From the NCBI GenBank assembly GCA_019058315.1, contig JAHPZH010000010.1, forward strand, positions 1 through 40,531: a stretch of 40,531 bases of DNA, in the 5' to 3' direction. Of the stretch, positions 29,248 through 38,845 are shown piece by piece; within the stretch, counting starts at the first letter, position 1; every line of letters begins with the position of its first letter. Origin of the DNA: Candidatus Helarchaeota archaeon. GTDB taxonomy: Archaea; Asgardarchaeota; Lokiarchaeia; Helarchaeales; RDOG01. The translations under genes were made by a program, and so were the position numbers. The notes beneath the pieces are model-generated. The model did not search any database and had not been told where the DNA came from. It saw nothing but the letters and a program-made list of their open reading frames with translations.

Positions 29248-29304
29248 TTGATAAGATACTATTTCAACTATATAAGGATTTTATAAGAATTTAATGGTAA
29301 AATA

Positions 29305-30870
29305 TTGAATAAGTGGATTAATATGAAAAAAATAGTTGAACCACAAAAAGAAATTGACATAATTGAAGAAGCAGATGTTATCGTTGTTGGTGGTGGGCCA
29401 GCTGGTATTGGTTCGGCTTTGGCATCTGGGCGGAACGGAGCTAAAACTGTTCTAATTGACCGGTTTGGCAGCCTAGGTGGATTACAGACACAAGGCAATA
29501 ATCCGATTTTTTCATTTGTTGATCCTGAATTACATAATGGCATCATACAAGAAATTTTAACTCGTCTTGAAAAAGGTGGGGCGTTAACAAAAATGGATGA
29601 TATGTCACTACGAGAGCGATCCAGAATGAAGGAGGATCTGATGAGGACTATCGGTGCAGAAAATCTTCCGAAACGGCTGGTGGAGACAGAAGCAGGATAT
29701 TGGGGACGTTGGGGATATACCTTTGATCCGGAGTATTACAAATTTCTGCTTGACATTATGATGGAAGAAGCCCATGTCAGTCTTTTATACCATGCATTTG
29801 CAGCAGGTGCTATACGGGAAGGGAATTCACTTAAAGGTGTGATTGTTGAAACTAAGGAAGGTAGAAGGGCGGTGTTAGGGAAAGTCATTATAGATACGAC
29901 GGGAGAGGGAGATATAGTATGGAAATCTGGAGCCCCTTGCACGGGTGACCACGGATTTCCTGCGGGAATAATCAAAGGTCATCCAGGTGCATTTTTAACT
30001 GCTTTTTTTATTAATGGAGTAGATATGAAGAAATTTAAGGAATTTAAAGCAGCAAATATGGAAGAATGGGGCGAGATGTATGGTGGCAGAGAGATGATAA
30101 AACAGGCGAGAAAAGAAGGGGCGTACATTAAAGGTCGAAGCGTTATTCTAGCCACAGTTCAAGATGTATACAACACTGGAAGGATATATATGATGAATCC
30201 ATTTTACTTAGTCCCATTTCGCAAAAAGACCTGGATGGCTAAGCAAATAACCAAATGTGAAATAGATCTCAGGAAGCAAGCTTGGTCTCTCTTTAATGTG
30301 ATAAAGAAGAATGTTCCAGGTTTTGAGAAATCCTACATTGAGAAATCCCCAGCCATGCCGTGTAACGGACTCCCTCATAGGATCATTGGTGAATACGTTC
30401 TAACCATGAAAGATATGCGTGAGGGGAAAATTTTTGACGATTCCATTGCTATAAACAATATGCCTCCAGACCTCTATGAAACAGCGGGGCGGTTCAGTTA
30501 TGAAATTCTGCCTCATGATGTTCCATATCGTTGTTTATTATCCAAAGGCATCGATAATCTTATGGCGGCTGGCACAACTATGTCAACCGGAACTTTCAGT
30601 GGTATGGGGTTACGATACTGTACACCCTCTATCTGCACGGGTCAGGCTGCGGGTACAGCAGCAGCTCTTGCCACCAAGAATGAAGTCAGTCCAAAGAAGC
30701 TAGATGTAAAAATATTACAGGACACACTTCGCAAACAAGGTGCGCGTGTGACAGTTAAAGACGTGCCAGATGAAGCTCTAGAACCATATCGGTTTATAAA
30801 AAGACAAAGGATTGTATTTAGGAAATCTGGACCTCAATTAGTGAGTGAAGAAGAATTAGCTATGTATTAA
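29305..30870 (+). CDS. FAD-dependent oxidoreductase (FAD_oxidored / PF12831-type)
   Basis: DVIVVGGGPAG, FGSLGG, IDTTGEGD, VPYRCL, NLMAAG and GQAAGTAAAL. Likely start ATG 29323. Confidence 0.88.
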   Translation: MNKWINMKKIVEPQKEIDIIEEADVIVVGGGPAGIGSALASGRNGAKTVLIDRFGSLGGLQTQGNNPIFSFVDPELHNGIIQEILTRLEKGGALTKMDDMSLRERSRMKEDLMRTIGAENLPKRLVETEAGYWGRWGYTFDPEYYKFLLDIMMEEAHVSLLYHAFAAGAIREGNSLKGVIVETKEGRRAVLGKVIIDTTGEGDIVWKSGAPCTGDHGFPAGIIKGHPGAFLTAFFINGVDMKKFKEFKAANMEEWGEMYGGREMIKQARKEGAYIKGRSVILATVQDVYNTGRIYMMNPFYLVPFRKKTWMAKQITKCEIDLRKQAWSLFNVIKKNVPGFEKSYIEKSPAMPCNGLPHRIIGEYVLTMKDMREGKIFDDSIAINNMPPDLYETAGRFSYEILPHDVPYRCLLSKGIDNLMAAGTTMSTGTFSGMGLRYCTPSICTGQAAGTAAALATKNEVSPKKLDVKILQDTLRKQGARVTVKDVPDEALEPYRFIKRQRIVFRKSGPQLVSEEELAMY

Positions 30871-30894
30871 AACCTATACAATAAATGATGTTTC

Positions 30895-31839
30895 ATGGAA
30901 TCAAAATCTAAAGGATTAATCTTTAAAATTGAAAGAATGACTACTGATGATGGTCCTGGTGTTCGTACAACCATTTTTTTTAATAATTGTCTCTTAAATT
31001 GCGTATGGTGTCACAATCCAGAATCAATTCCAAAAAAACCTCAAATTCAATGGATAGACCGTAAATGCATTGGTTGTAAAAGTTGTATAGAGGTTTGCCA
31101 TGAACAAGCTTTATTTTTTGAAAAAGATGGTTTGCATATTAACAGAAAGAAATGTAATAGTTGTGGAGATTGCGTTGAAACCTGTCCTAGTACAGCATTA
31201 AATATGTTTGGACAATGGTGGGATCTAGAAGATCTTTTTCGCGAAATTGAGAAAGAAAAAATATTTTTTAACAAAACCAAAGGAGGCATCACTGTTTCTG
31301 GTGGTGAACCTACGTTACAGCCAAAATTTCTCCTGCAATTTTTAAAATTGTGCAAGAAAAATGACATTTCTACTGCTTTAGATACATGTGGATATTCAAG
31401 TAAAAAAGTTTACCAAGATTTACTTCCCTATATTGATATAATTCTTTTAGATATAAAAGTCATTGATCCTGATAAACACAAAGAATATACAGGTGTTGCA
31501 AATGACAAAATTTTAGAAAATGCCAAATGGATTTCAAATTATATCAAAGAAAATGGAAAAATAATGTGGATAAGGACACCACTAATCCCAAAATATACAG
31601 CCACTGATCATAATGTTAAAGGGATTGGAGAATTTATTGTAAAAAAATTGAGTAATATTCCTGATCAATGGGATTTATTAGCGTTTAATAAACTTTGTGA
31701 AATAAAATATTCAAGGTTAGGTATGTCATGGTCACTTAGAGATGAACCTTTAATGACAAAAGAGGAGATGGAACATTTTTTGGAAGTTGCTAAAATTACT
31801 GGAGCGAAAAACGTAAAGTGGTCTGGTTTCACTAGATAA
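30895..31839 (+). CDS. Glycyl-radical enzyme activating protein (radical SAM with a ferredoxin insert)
   Basis: DGPGVRTTIF, CLLNCVWCHNPES (CX3CX2C), two CX2CX2CX3C motifs, GGITVSGGEP and LDTCG. Confidence 0.95.
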   Translation: MESKSKGLIFKIERMTTDDGPGVRTTIFFNNCLLNCVWCHNPESIPKKPQIQWIDRKCIGCKSCIEVCHEQALFFEKDGLHINRKKCNSCGDCVETCPSTALNMFGQWWDLEDLFREIEKEKIFFNKTKGGITVSGGEPTLQPKFLLQFLKLCKKNDISTALDTCGYSSKKVYQDLLPYIDIILLDIKVIDPDKHKEYTGVANDKILENAKWISNYIKENGKIMWIRTPLIPKYTATDHNVKGIGEFIVKKLSNIPDQWDLLAFNKLCEIKYSRLGMSWSLRDEPLMTKEEMEHFLEVAKITGAKNVKWSGFTR

Positions 31840-31950
31840 TTATAAAAGACGACCTAAAAAAAAACCTGTAATAATTTTTCAAGTTGGGACTAGTATTAAT
31901 AATAAAGGAGTATTGCTCCCTTAAAAAGTGGATTTGAATAAAGCAATCTT

Positions 31951-32847
31951 TTAATTGAACTGTTTTTTAATATAATCTCCAATTTCATCTATTGCTTCTT
32001 GCCCTTCGGGGGCTACAGGTGCGAAAATTTGAAAAACATGAAACATATCTTCCCAAATTTTTAATTCAATTTTAACTCCTGCTTGCTTAGCACGTTCATA
32101 AATTCGAGTTGAATCATCAAACAAAATTTCATTTTTTCCTACATGAATAAGAATTGGAGGTAGACCTTCTAGATTTGCATAAAGAGGTGAAATGAGAGGG
32201 TTCTCGGGGTCCTCATCCCCAATATATATGGAAACCATAAAAAATAACTCCTCTCGAGTGACAACAGGGTCTGATATTCTTCTGTCCTTAAACCATCCGC
32301 CAGTTTGTGTTAAATTTGTCCAGGGTGAAAGGCAAACCGCTGCTCTAGGTAAGGGTATTTTCAGATCTCTTAATTTTATAAGAGTCGCTAGCGTCAAACC
32401 TCCTCCTGCGGAATCTCCAGCTATAATCAAATTAGATGGATTTATTTTAGCAGTTGTAATCAGCCATTTATAGGCTTTAATTGAATCTTCAATGGCTGCC
32501 GGAAAGGGATGCTCGGGTGCTAATCGGTAATCTAGAAATAATGCTTTAGCATCTGATGCTCTACATATTCTTGATATTAAGACATTATGAGTTATAAATG
32601 ATCCTTGCATATATCCCCCTCCATGGAGATATAATATTATTCTTTCTTCTTTACTATTAGGTGTACTAATCCATGCTCCTGGGAGACTTTCTATATCCAC
32701 TTTTTCTATTTTAACATCTTTAGGAAGCTTAATCCAAGCTGCCACTTCTTCCAGAACTTTTCTAGAGGATTTAACTCTTTTTTCGATATCTGTTTTCTTA
32801 ATTTGAAATAGTAATTGAATAGTTTGTTCTAATCCTTTGCTAACCAT
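31951..32847 (-). CDS. Alpha/beta hydrolase, hormone-sensitive lipase family esterase
   Basis: YLHGGGY, DYRLAPEHPFPAA, GDSAGG, E.LFDDS and MFHVF. Confidence 0.93.
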   Translation of the reverse strand: MVSKGLEQTIQLLFQIKKTDIEKRVKSSRKVLEEVAAWIKLPKDVKIEKVDIESLPGAWISTPNSKEERIILYLHGGGYMQGSFITHNVLISRICRASDAKALFLDYRLAPEHPFPAAIEDSIKAYKWLITTAKINPSNLIIAGDSAGGGLTLATLIKLRDLKIPLPRAAVCLSPWTNLTQTGGWFKDRRISDPVVTREELFFMVSIYIGDEDPENPLISPLYANLEGLPPILIHVGKNEILFDDSTRIYERAKQAGVKIELKIWEDMFHVFQIFAPVAPEGQEAIDEIGDYIKKQFN

Positions 32848-33023
32848 TTTTTTATCGCCCTTTTATTAAATTCAACAAAAGTAATAAGAATTATAGTTAT
32901 ACATTGTTATATGAATATTGTTATTAAGTTTTTCATAAGATGAACGTAATAGATTTCATGAAATTTTATAAAAATAGGTAAAAGATAATATCTAAAGATG
33001 TTTATCGAAATTTATTACTTCAA

Positions 33024-33057
33024 ATATATTTTAAGGAAATTAGAAATCTAATAATAT
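33024..33057. repeat. 34-bp direct repeat also at 35623-35656 (3' flank of each GRE gene)
   Basis: ATATATTTTAAGGAAAT(T/A)AGAAAT(C/T)TAATAATAT with 2 mismatches between copies. Confidence 0.8.
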
Positions 33058-33099
33058 AACAACAAAAAAAATAATTAAAAAAAATTTAATTGAAGTTTA

Positions 33100-35595
33100 T
33101 CATTCATTGAAGACGGTTCGTGCGATAATATCGTCTTGAAGACTTCTGCTTAGATCTATAAACCGAGCTGAATAACCCGAGACTTTAACAGAAAGATCAG
33201 TATATTTTTCTGGATGTGCCTGTGCGTCTTTCAATATGTCTGAACTTATTGGATTAAGCTGAAGCTCTCTTCCTCCTAACTCAAAATAAGCTTTTACTAT
33301 AGAAGCTAGATTATCTATTCCCTCATCATTCTCTATTAGGCTTGGATTGATTCTTACATTTAATGCTACTCCATCGGTAAGGAGGGCATCACGTGATGCT
33401 AAAGCTACTGATCGGAGAACCATGGTAAGACCATTGTGTTCTGTGCCATTTACAGGGGAAAGTCCGTTAGATACTGGTTCATTGGCCAATCTTCCATCTG
33501 GAGTTGCTCCTAACAGTTTACCCTCTATAACATGTGTTCCTGCGGCAGATACAAGGCTCGAGCGATATATACCCTTACCACCCCTCACATGATATTTTCT
33601 TGGAATTTCACTAAAAACTTGTGCAACCCATCTTGCAAGTTCATCTGCCTTTTCATCACCATTACCATATTTAGGAGCTTTATTCAATAATTGTTCCCTA
33701 AGCTTTTCTGCACCCTTGAAATTATTACGAAGATATTTAACAAATTCTCCCATTGTTACTAATTTTTTTTCGAATACAGCCCAGCGAATTGCGGCAAGTG
33801 AGTTAGCTACGGTTCCTAATGCTTGTCCATTCATACAACCATTATTGTAGCGTGCCCCATTTCGGGTAATATCCATGCCACTCTCTAGACATCCTTCTAT
33901 TGTAGATGATAGCAATGGAGAGGGAAAGCCTTCTGCAAATGCTTTATCTTTTAACGCAGCCATTTTCACGACTCTATCTATTGCAAAGGTAAGTTGATCT
34001 ACAAAAGCTTGCTTTACATCTTCAAAAGAGTCAAAAGTACTAGGATCAGGAGTTTTTGCGCCGACTTGTCGATCATTTAATAATTGAACACGTCCTTCAT
34101 TTAATGCCATGTTTAAAATGACTGCCATGAAAATACCATTACCCCCTGTATAGGAGAAATCATTACCCGTACCTGTAGGTTCCACACACCCAACAATTGA
34201 ATAGTCTCGGGCATCTTCTAATGAATACCCATCTTTTTGAAGTTGTGGTATTAATATATCATCATTATGAATGGCCATTCCCGCAGTATGACGAAATGTT
34301 TCAATTATTCTTTTCACAAAATCGTGGGATGTTTTGGAAGAGATCCGTATTGACAATGTGTTTAATAGACTTTTTACATTTGCAATAGCCTCGAGAAATA
34401 TGTATGATACATCATTTGTAGCATCGTTTCCATCCTTATCTACTCCTCCAATAGTTATATTATTCTGTCCGGCATAAACAACAGAAGCAAGTTTAACTAA
34501 ATATTCTTCAATTGCTTCTAAAGCTTCCTCATAAGTAATCCGCCCTTCTGCTAAATCTTTGGCATAATAAGGATAAAGATATTGATCTACTCTTCCTTGA
34601 GAAAACACATTAAGCTCGCCATAACTCATTTCCATAACAACATTCGTCATCCATACCGATTGAATTGCTTCCATAAAAGATCTAGGTGGAAGGGCTGGAA
34701 CTCTCCTAACACGTTCGGCGATTTCTAAGAGTTTTGCTCTTCTTTCTTCTTTAGCATTTTCAGCCATTTTAAGGGCGAGATCAGCGTATCGATTAGAATA
34801 ATCACAGACGGTTCTAGAAGTTATCAAAACTGATTCATAAAAATCCTTACGTTGTTCGTAATTTTCATCAGTTTCTTTGAGTTTCGCAAGACCTTCGGCA
34901 GCCATTTTTTCTACTCCTTTAAATCCTAGTTTTAAAACCCGTTTATAACCCGGAATGATATGTCCTTGACCGTCATGTAGTAATGTATAAGTATCGGGAG
35001 TTTGCAATAAAAATCTATTAAATATTCCAGCCAGCGGTCCTGTAAAATCATGATATAAATCTGCTTCCCTTAAGAGTTCTGCCTTTTGACTACTTAAAGT
35101 CTTTCCTTCCCAGAAAGGCATAATATTATTTTTCAACTCATTAAGTTCTTGTTTTGTCAGAGGAGCATAACGATCAAGTGCACCAAATAATTCAGTGACT
35201 ACTTCTTTAGCTTTCTTATTGAACTTTGCAAAAAACTTTAAAAAAGCCCTAAGAAACCTCATCTTAAAACTATCGTCTAAGAGAACACCAAATTGATTAA
35301 CATGGCTTCCAAGTTCTATTTCAAAAGGATCTGCTCTTATTTTACTAGATTTTACTCCTACTAAAAACTCATCATCATCAATCCTTATAGGAAGGCAATG
35401 TAAGAACTCCTCTAATGCTTTAGCTTTCCGCATACAGGGAGGTGAATCTAACATCTGCTTCCATATTCTTGTATAACATCGTGCTCGTTCAATATCAAGT
35501 TCTCTAGGCATAGATAGCATTCTATCTCTAATTTTTCGAACCCTCTCTGAAGGCACCCCCTGGAGAGGAGTTATTTTTAGAGTAACTATATCCAA
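33100..35595 (-). CDS. Glycyl-radical enzyme (PFL superfamily, non-PFL eliminase-type), copy 1
   Basis: GRVDQYLYPYY, Cys loop GCVEP, GATPDGR and Gly loop VKVSGYSARF. TTG start, with an in-frame stop just upstream. Confidence 0.93.
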   Translation of the reverse strand: MDIVTLKITPLQGVPSERVRKIRDRMLSMPRELDIERARCYTRIWKQMLDSPPCMRKAKALEEFLHCLPIRIDDDEFLVGVKSSKIRADPFEIELGSHVNQFGVLLDDSFKMRFLRAFLKFFAKFNKKAKEVVTELFGALDRYAPLTKQELNELKNNIMPFWEGKTLSSQKAELLREADLYHDFTGPLAGIFNRFLLQTPDTYTLLHDGQGHIIPGYKRVLKLGFKGVEKMAAEGLAKLKETDENYEQRKDFYESVLITSRTVCDYSNRYADLALKMAENAKEERRAKLLEIAERVRRVPALPPRSFMEAIQSVWMTNVVMEMSYGELNVFSQGRVDQYLYPYYAKDLAEGRITYEEALEAIEEYLVKLASVVYAGQNNITIGGVDKDGNDATNDVSYIFLEAIANVKSLLNTLSIRISSKTSHDFVKRIIETFRHTAGMAIHNDDILIPQLQKDGYSLEDARDYSIVGCVEPTGTGNDFSYTGGNGIFMAVILNMALNEGRVQLLNDRQVGAKTPDPSTFDSFEDVKQAFVDQLTFAIDRVVKMAALKDKAFAEGFPSPLLSSTIEGCLESGMDITRNGARYNNGCMNGQALGTVANSLAAIRWAVFEKKLVTMGEFVKYLRNNFKGAEKLREQLLNKAPKYGNGDEKADELARWVAQVFSEIPRKYHVRGGKGIYRSSLVSAAGTHVIEGKLLGATPDGRLANEPVSNGLSPVNGTEHNGLTMVLRSVALASRDALLTDGVALNVRINPSLIENDEGIDNLASIVKAYFELGGRELQLNPISSDILKDAQAHPEKYTDLSVKVSGYSARFIDLSRSLQDDIIARTVFNE

Positions 35596-35683
35596 AAGTC
35601 TCTACATCCATATTTTTAATATATATATTTTAAGGAAATAAGAAATTTAATAATATTGAAAAGAAAAAAATTTAAATTTAAGT

Positions 35684-38131
35684 TTAACATTCATTAAAGA
35701 CGGTTCGTGCGATGATATCATCCTGAAGTTCTTTAGTGATCTCTATAAAACGAGCGGAGTATCCCGAGACTTTGACTGATAGGTCAGGATATTTTTCTGG
35801 ATGAACTTGTGCGTCTTTAAGTGTATCTGAATCTATTGGATTAATCTGAAGCTCTCTTCCACCCAACTCTAAATAAGCCTCTACTATAGAAGTTAATTGA
35901 TCTATTCCTTGGTCAGAATCGATTAAGCTAGGATTAATTCTTATATTCATCGTTACTCCATTAGTGAGATGAGGTTCAGCTGTTGCATAAGCTACAGATC
36001 GGAGTGCCATAGTAAGACCATTCTTTTCTGTACCATTTGCAGGAGATATACCGTTAGCCACGGATTCACCAGATAATCTTCCATCAGCAGTAGCCCCTAA
36101 TATTTTACCCTCAATAATTTGAGTTCCAGCAGATATACAGCATGGGTGATATATACCATTCCCACCTCTCGCATGATATTTTCTTGTGATATCACAAACT
36201 GTTTGTGCAGCCCATTTTGCAAGTTCATCTGTTCTTTCATCACCATTTCCGTATTTAGGAGCCTTATTCCTTAATTTTTCTCGAAGTACTTCTGCCCTCC
36301 TGAAATTATTACGCATATGTTTAGCTAATTCTTCCATTGTCACTAATTTTTTCTCGAATACAGCCCAGCGAATTGCTGCCAGTGAGTTAGCTACAGTTGC
36401 TAATCCTTGTGTTCCCATAGGATTATTATTGTAGCGTGCTCCATTTCGAGTAACATCCATTCCACTCTCTAGACATCCTTCTATTGTAGATGAAAGCAAC
36501 GGAGAAGGAAAAAATTTAGCATATGCTTTATCTTTAAGCTCAGCCTTTTTCACCGCTAGATCTATTGCAAAAGAAAGTTGGTCTACAAAAGCCTGTTTTA
36601 CATCTTCGAAAGATTTAAAAGTACTAGGATGAGGAGTTTTTGCTCCAACCGTTCGCTTTCCTGAAAAAATAGTACGTCCTTCATTTAATGCCATGTTTAA
36701 AACGACTGAAAACCAGATACCATTACCTGCTGTATAAGAGAAATCATTACCCGTACCATGGGGTTCTACACACCCTACCAGTGAGTAATCTCGGGCATCT
36801 TCTAATGAATAGCCCGTATTATGAAGTTGGGGGACTAATATTTCATCATTATGAATGCCCATTCCTGCGGTATGTCGATACGTTTCAATAACTCTTTTCA
36901 AAAAATCACGGGGTGTTTTGGAAGAGATTCGTATTGACAATGTATTTAACAAACTTTTTACATTTGCAATAGCCTCGAGAAAAATATATGAAATATCATT
37001 TGTGGCGTCATTTCCATCCTTATCTAACCCTCCAATGGTTACATTGTTCTGACCGGCTATAACAACAGAAGAAAGTTTAACTAAATATTCTTCAATTGCT
37101 TCCAAAGCTTCTTCATAGGTAATCCGACCTTCTGCCAAATCAGCAGCATAATAAGGATAAAGATATTGATCTACGCGTCCTTGGGAAAATATATTTCCTT
37201 CACCATAACTCATTTCCATGACGACATTAGTCATCCATATAGATTGAAGTGCTTCCATGAAATTTCTGGCCGGGAGTGCTGGAACTCGTCTTGTACGATC
37301 AGCAATTTCTAAAAGTTCTGCTTTTCTTGCTTCTGATGCCTTTTCAGCCATTTCTAGTGCGAGATCAGCATATCGATTGGAATAATCACAAACCGCTCTT
37401 GCTGCCACCAGAACTGATTCATAAAAATCCTTGCGTTGTTCGTAATTTTCATCTGTTTCCTTGAGTTTCGCAAGTCCATCTGCTGCCATCTTTTCGATTC
37501 CCTTAAATCCCATTTTAAGAACTCGTCTATAACCTGGAATGGTATGTCCTTGACCTTGAGCAAATGCAAATATATCGGTACCCGCTCCACCTCCCATAAT
37601 AGCTGAAATAGCCCCAAGACCTTTTGGTTCCTCATATAAACCCGCATTCTTATATAATTCTATTTTTCGGTCAGCTGCTGTCTTTCCTTTCCAGAAGGGG
37701 ATAATGTCATTTTTCAATTCCTGAAGCTCTTGTTCTGACAAAGGAAGATAACGATTAATGTAAGTAAAATTTTTACTGAAATTATTTCTTATTTTTTCAT
37801 TTATTGTATCATCCAAGATAAAGCTAAATAGTTTAGCACGCATTCCACGTTCTATTTCGATAGGATCAGCTCTTATTTTACTAGATTTTACACCTACAAG
37901 AAGCTCATCTTCATCAATCCTGATAGAAAGACATCTTAAGAATTCCTCTAATGCTTTAGCTTTCTTTATACACGGGGGAGAATCTTCCATTTTTCTATAT
38001 ATTCTTGTATAACATCGTGCTCGTTCAATATCAAGTTCTCTAGGACAAAATAACATTCTATCTCTAATTTTCCGTACCCTCTCTGAAGGTATCCCTTGAA
38101 GAGGAGACATTTTACTGCTTTTAGCTATCAT
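35684..38131 (-). CDS. Glycyl-radical enzyme (PFL superfamily, non-PFL eliminase-type), copy 2
   Basis: Same motifs (GCVEP, GATADGR, VKVSGYSARF). Visibly collinear with copy 1 at protein and DNA level. Confidence 0.93.
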   Translation of the reverse strand: MIAKSSKMSPLQGIPSERVRKIRDRMLFCPRELDIERARCYTRIYRKMEDSPPCIKKAKALEEFLRCLSIRIDEDELLVGVKSSKIRADPIEIERGMRAKLFSFILDDTINEKIRNNFSKNFTYINRYLPLSEQELQELKNDIIPFWKGKTAADRKIELYKNAGLYEEPKGLGAISAIMGGGAGTDIFAFAQGQGHTIPGYRRVLKMGFKGIEKMAADGLAKLKETDENYEQRKDFYESVLVAARAVCDYSNRYADLALEMAEKASEARKAELLEIADRTRRVPALPARNFMEALQSIWMTNVVMEMSYGEGNIFSQGRVDQYLYPYYAADLAEGRITYEEALEAIEEYLVKLSSVVIAGQNNVTIGGLDKDGNDATNDISYIFLEAIANVKSLLNTLSIRISSKTPRDFLKRVIETYRHTAGMGIHNDEILVPQLHNTGYSLEDARDYSLVGCVEPHGTGNDFSYTAGNGIWFSVVLNMALNEGRTIFSGKRTVGAKTPHPSTFKSFEDVKQAFVDQLSFAIDLAVKKAELKDKAYAKFFPSPLLSSTIEGCLESGMDVTRNGARYNNNPMGTQGLATVANSLAAIRWAVFEKKLVTMEELAKHMRNNFRRAEVLREKLRNKAPKYGNGDERTDELAKWAAQTVCDITRKYHARGGNGIYHPCCISAGTQIIEGKILGATADGRLSGESVANGISPANGTEKNGLTMALRSVAYATAEPHLTNGVTMNIRINPSLIDSDQGIDQLTSIVEAYLELGGRELQINPIDSDTLKDAQVHPEKYPDLSVKVSGYSARFIEITKELQDDIIARTVFNEC

Positions 38132-38154
38132 GATTTATACATTGTATCTTTAAT

Positions 38155-38181
38155 TATTTAAATCTACTATGTAAATTTATT
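38155..38181. promoter_or_regulatory. Palindromic operator, copy 2, upstream of the GRE pair
   Basis: Reverse complement AATAAATTTACATAGTAGATTTAAATA matches 29221-29247 at 26 of 27 positions. It lies 24-50 bp upstream of the GRE start at 38131. Confidence 0.75.
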
Positions 38182-38236
38182 TATAAAGTATAAAGAAATA
38201 AATAAAGTGGGCTTTTTAAAGGGAAATTGTTGAATG

Positions 38237-38645
38237 TTATTCAAATAATTCAGCATTATTTTTGTTTAAAAGAATGGCAAGTGCGAAAATACTCACAAAG
38301 ATAGAAAATCCATTTCCTATTATTGCTATGATCTTTACAAGTGCCATATTATCATTCAACAAAGGAGTAATAGTCTGCCGTGGAAGGACAAGTATTAATC
38401 TAAACACTGAAATTGATAACAAGTAAAATGCCGCTATAATTCCCAATATCCGAGCACTTTTTTTTCATTTGCATCAAGATTATACCACTTATGAACGATA
38501 ATAAACCAGAACTAAGGGTTAAAAACAAATAAATTAATTCACTGCCAGTTATAGAAGCAATACCACCTAAGGTTATAAAACTAATTAGACCAAATATTAT
38601 ATAAAAAACTCCAACCGCCGTTATAGCTCCAGGTCTGACTGACAT
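38237..38645 (-). pseudogene. Small 4-TM membrane protein gene split by a frameshift at an A8 tract
   Basis: ORFs 38400-38645 and 38237-38446 join into one frame (…LMQMKKSARILGIIAAFY…) if one base is removed from the T8 run at 38458-38465. Confidence 0.7.
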
Positions 38646-38845
38646 AACTTCATTCTCCTAATATTATTTAAAATAATTTTGAAGTATTCAAATTTTTTAG
38701 TATTATACGAATTATATTGAAGATTTCAATGTATTTATTAAAAAATCTTAAATAAGATTATTTTTTTTATAGAGATTTATTGAATGAAAATACGAATTAG
38801 TGAAAGTAGATTAATTTTTATAAATTTACTAAAATATAGAGAAGT

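Noticed and set aside
32953-32964. Palindrome ATTTCATGAAAT upstream of the esterase
   Set aside because: It is short and AT-rich, and I found no second copy, so chance is likely.
33100-38131. Pyruvate formate-lyase (pflB) or fumarate-adding enzyme
   Set aside because: The Cys loop is GCVEP rather than the Cys-Cys of PFL, and no small Fe-S subunits or other Bss/Ass features are visible.
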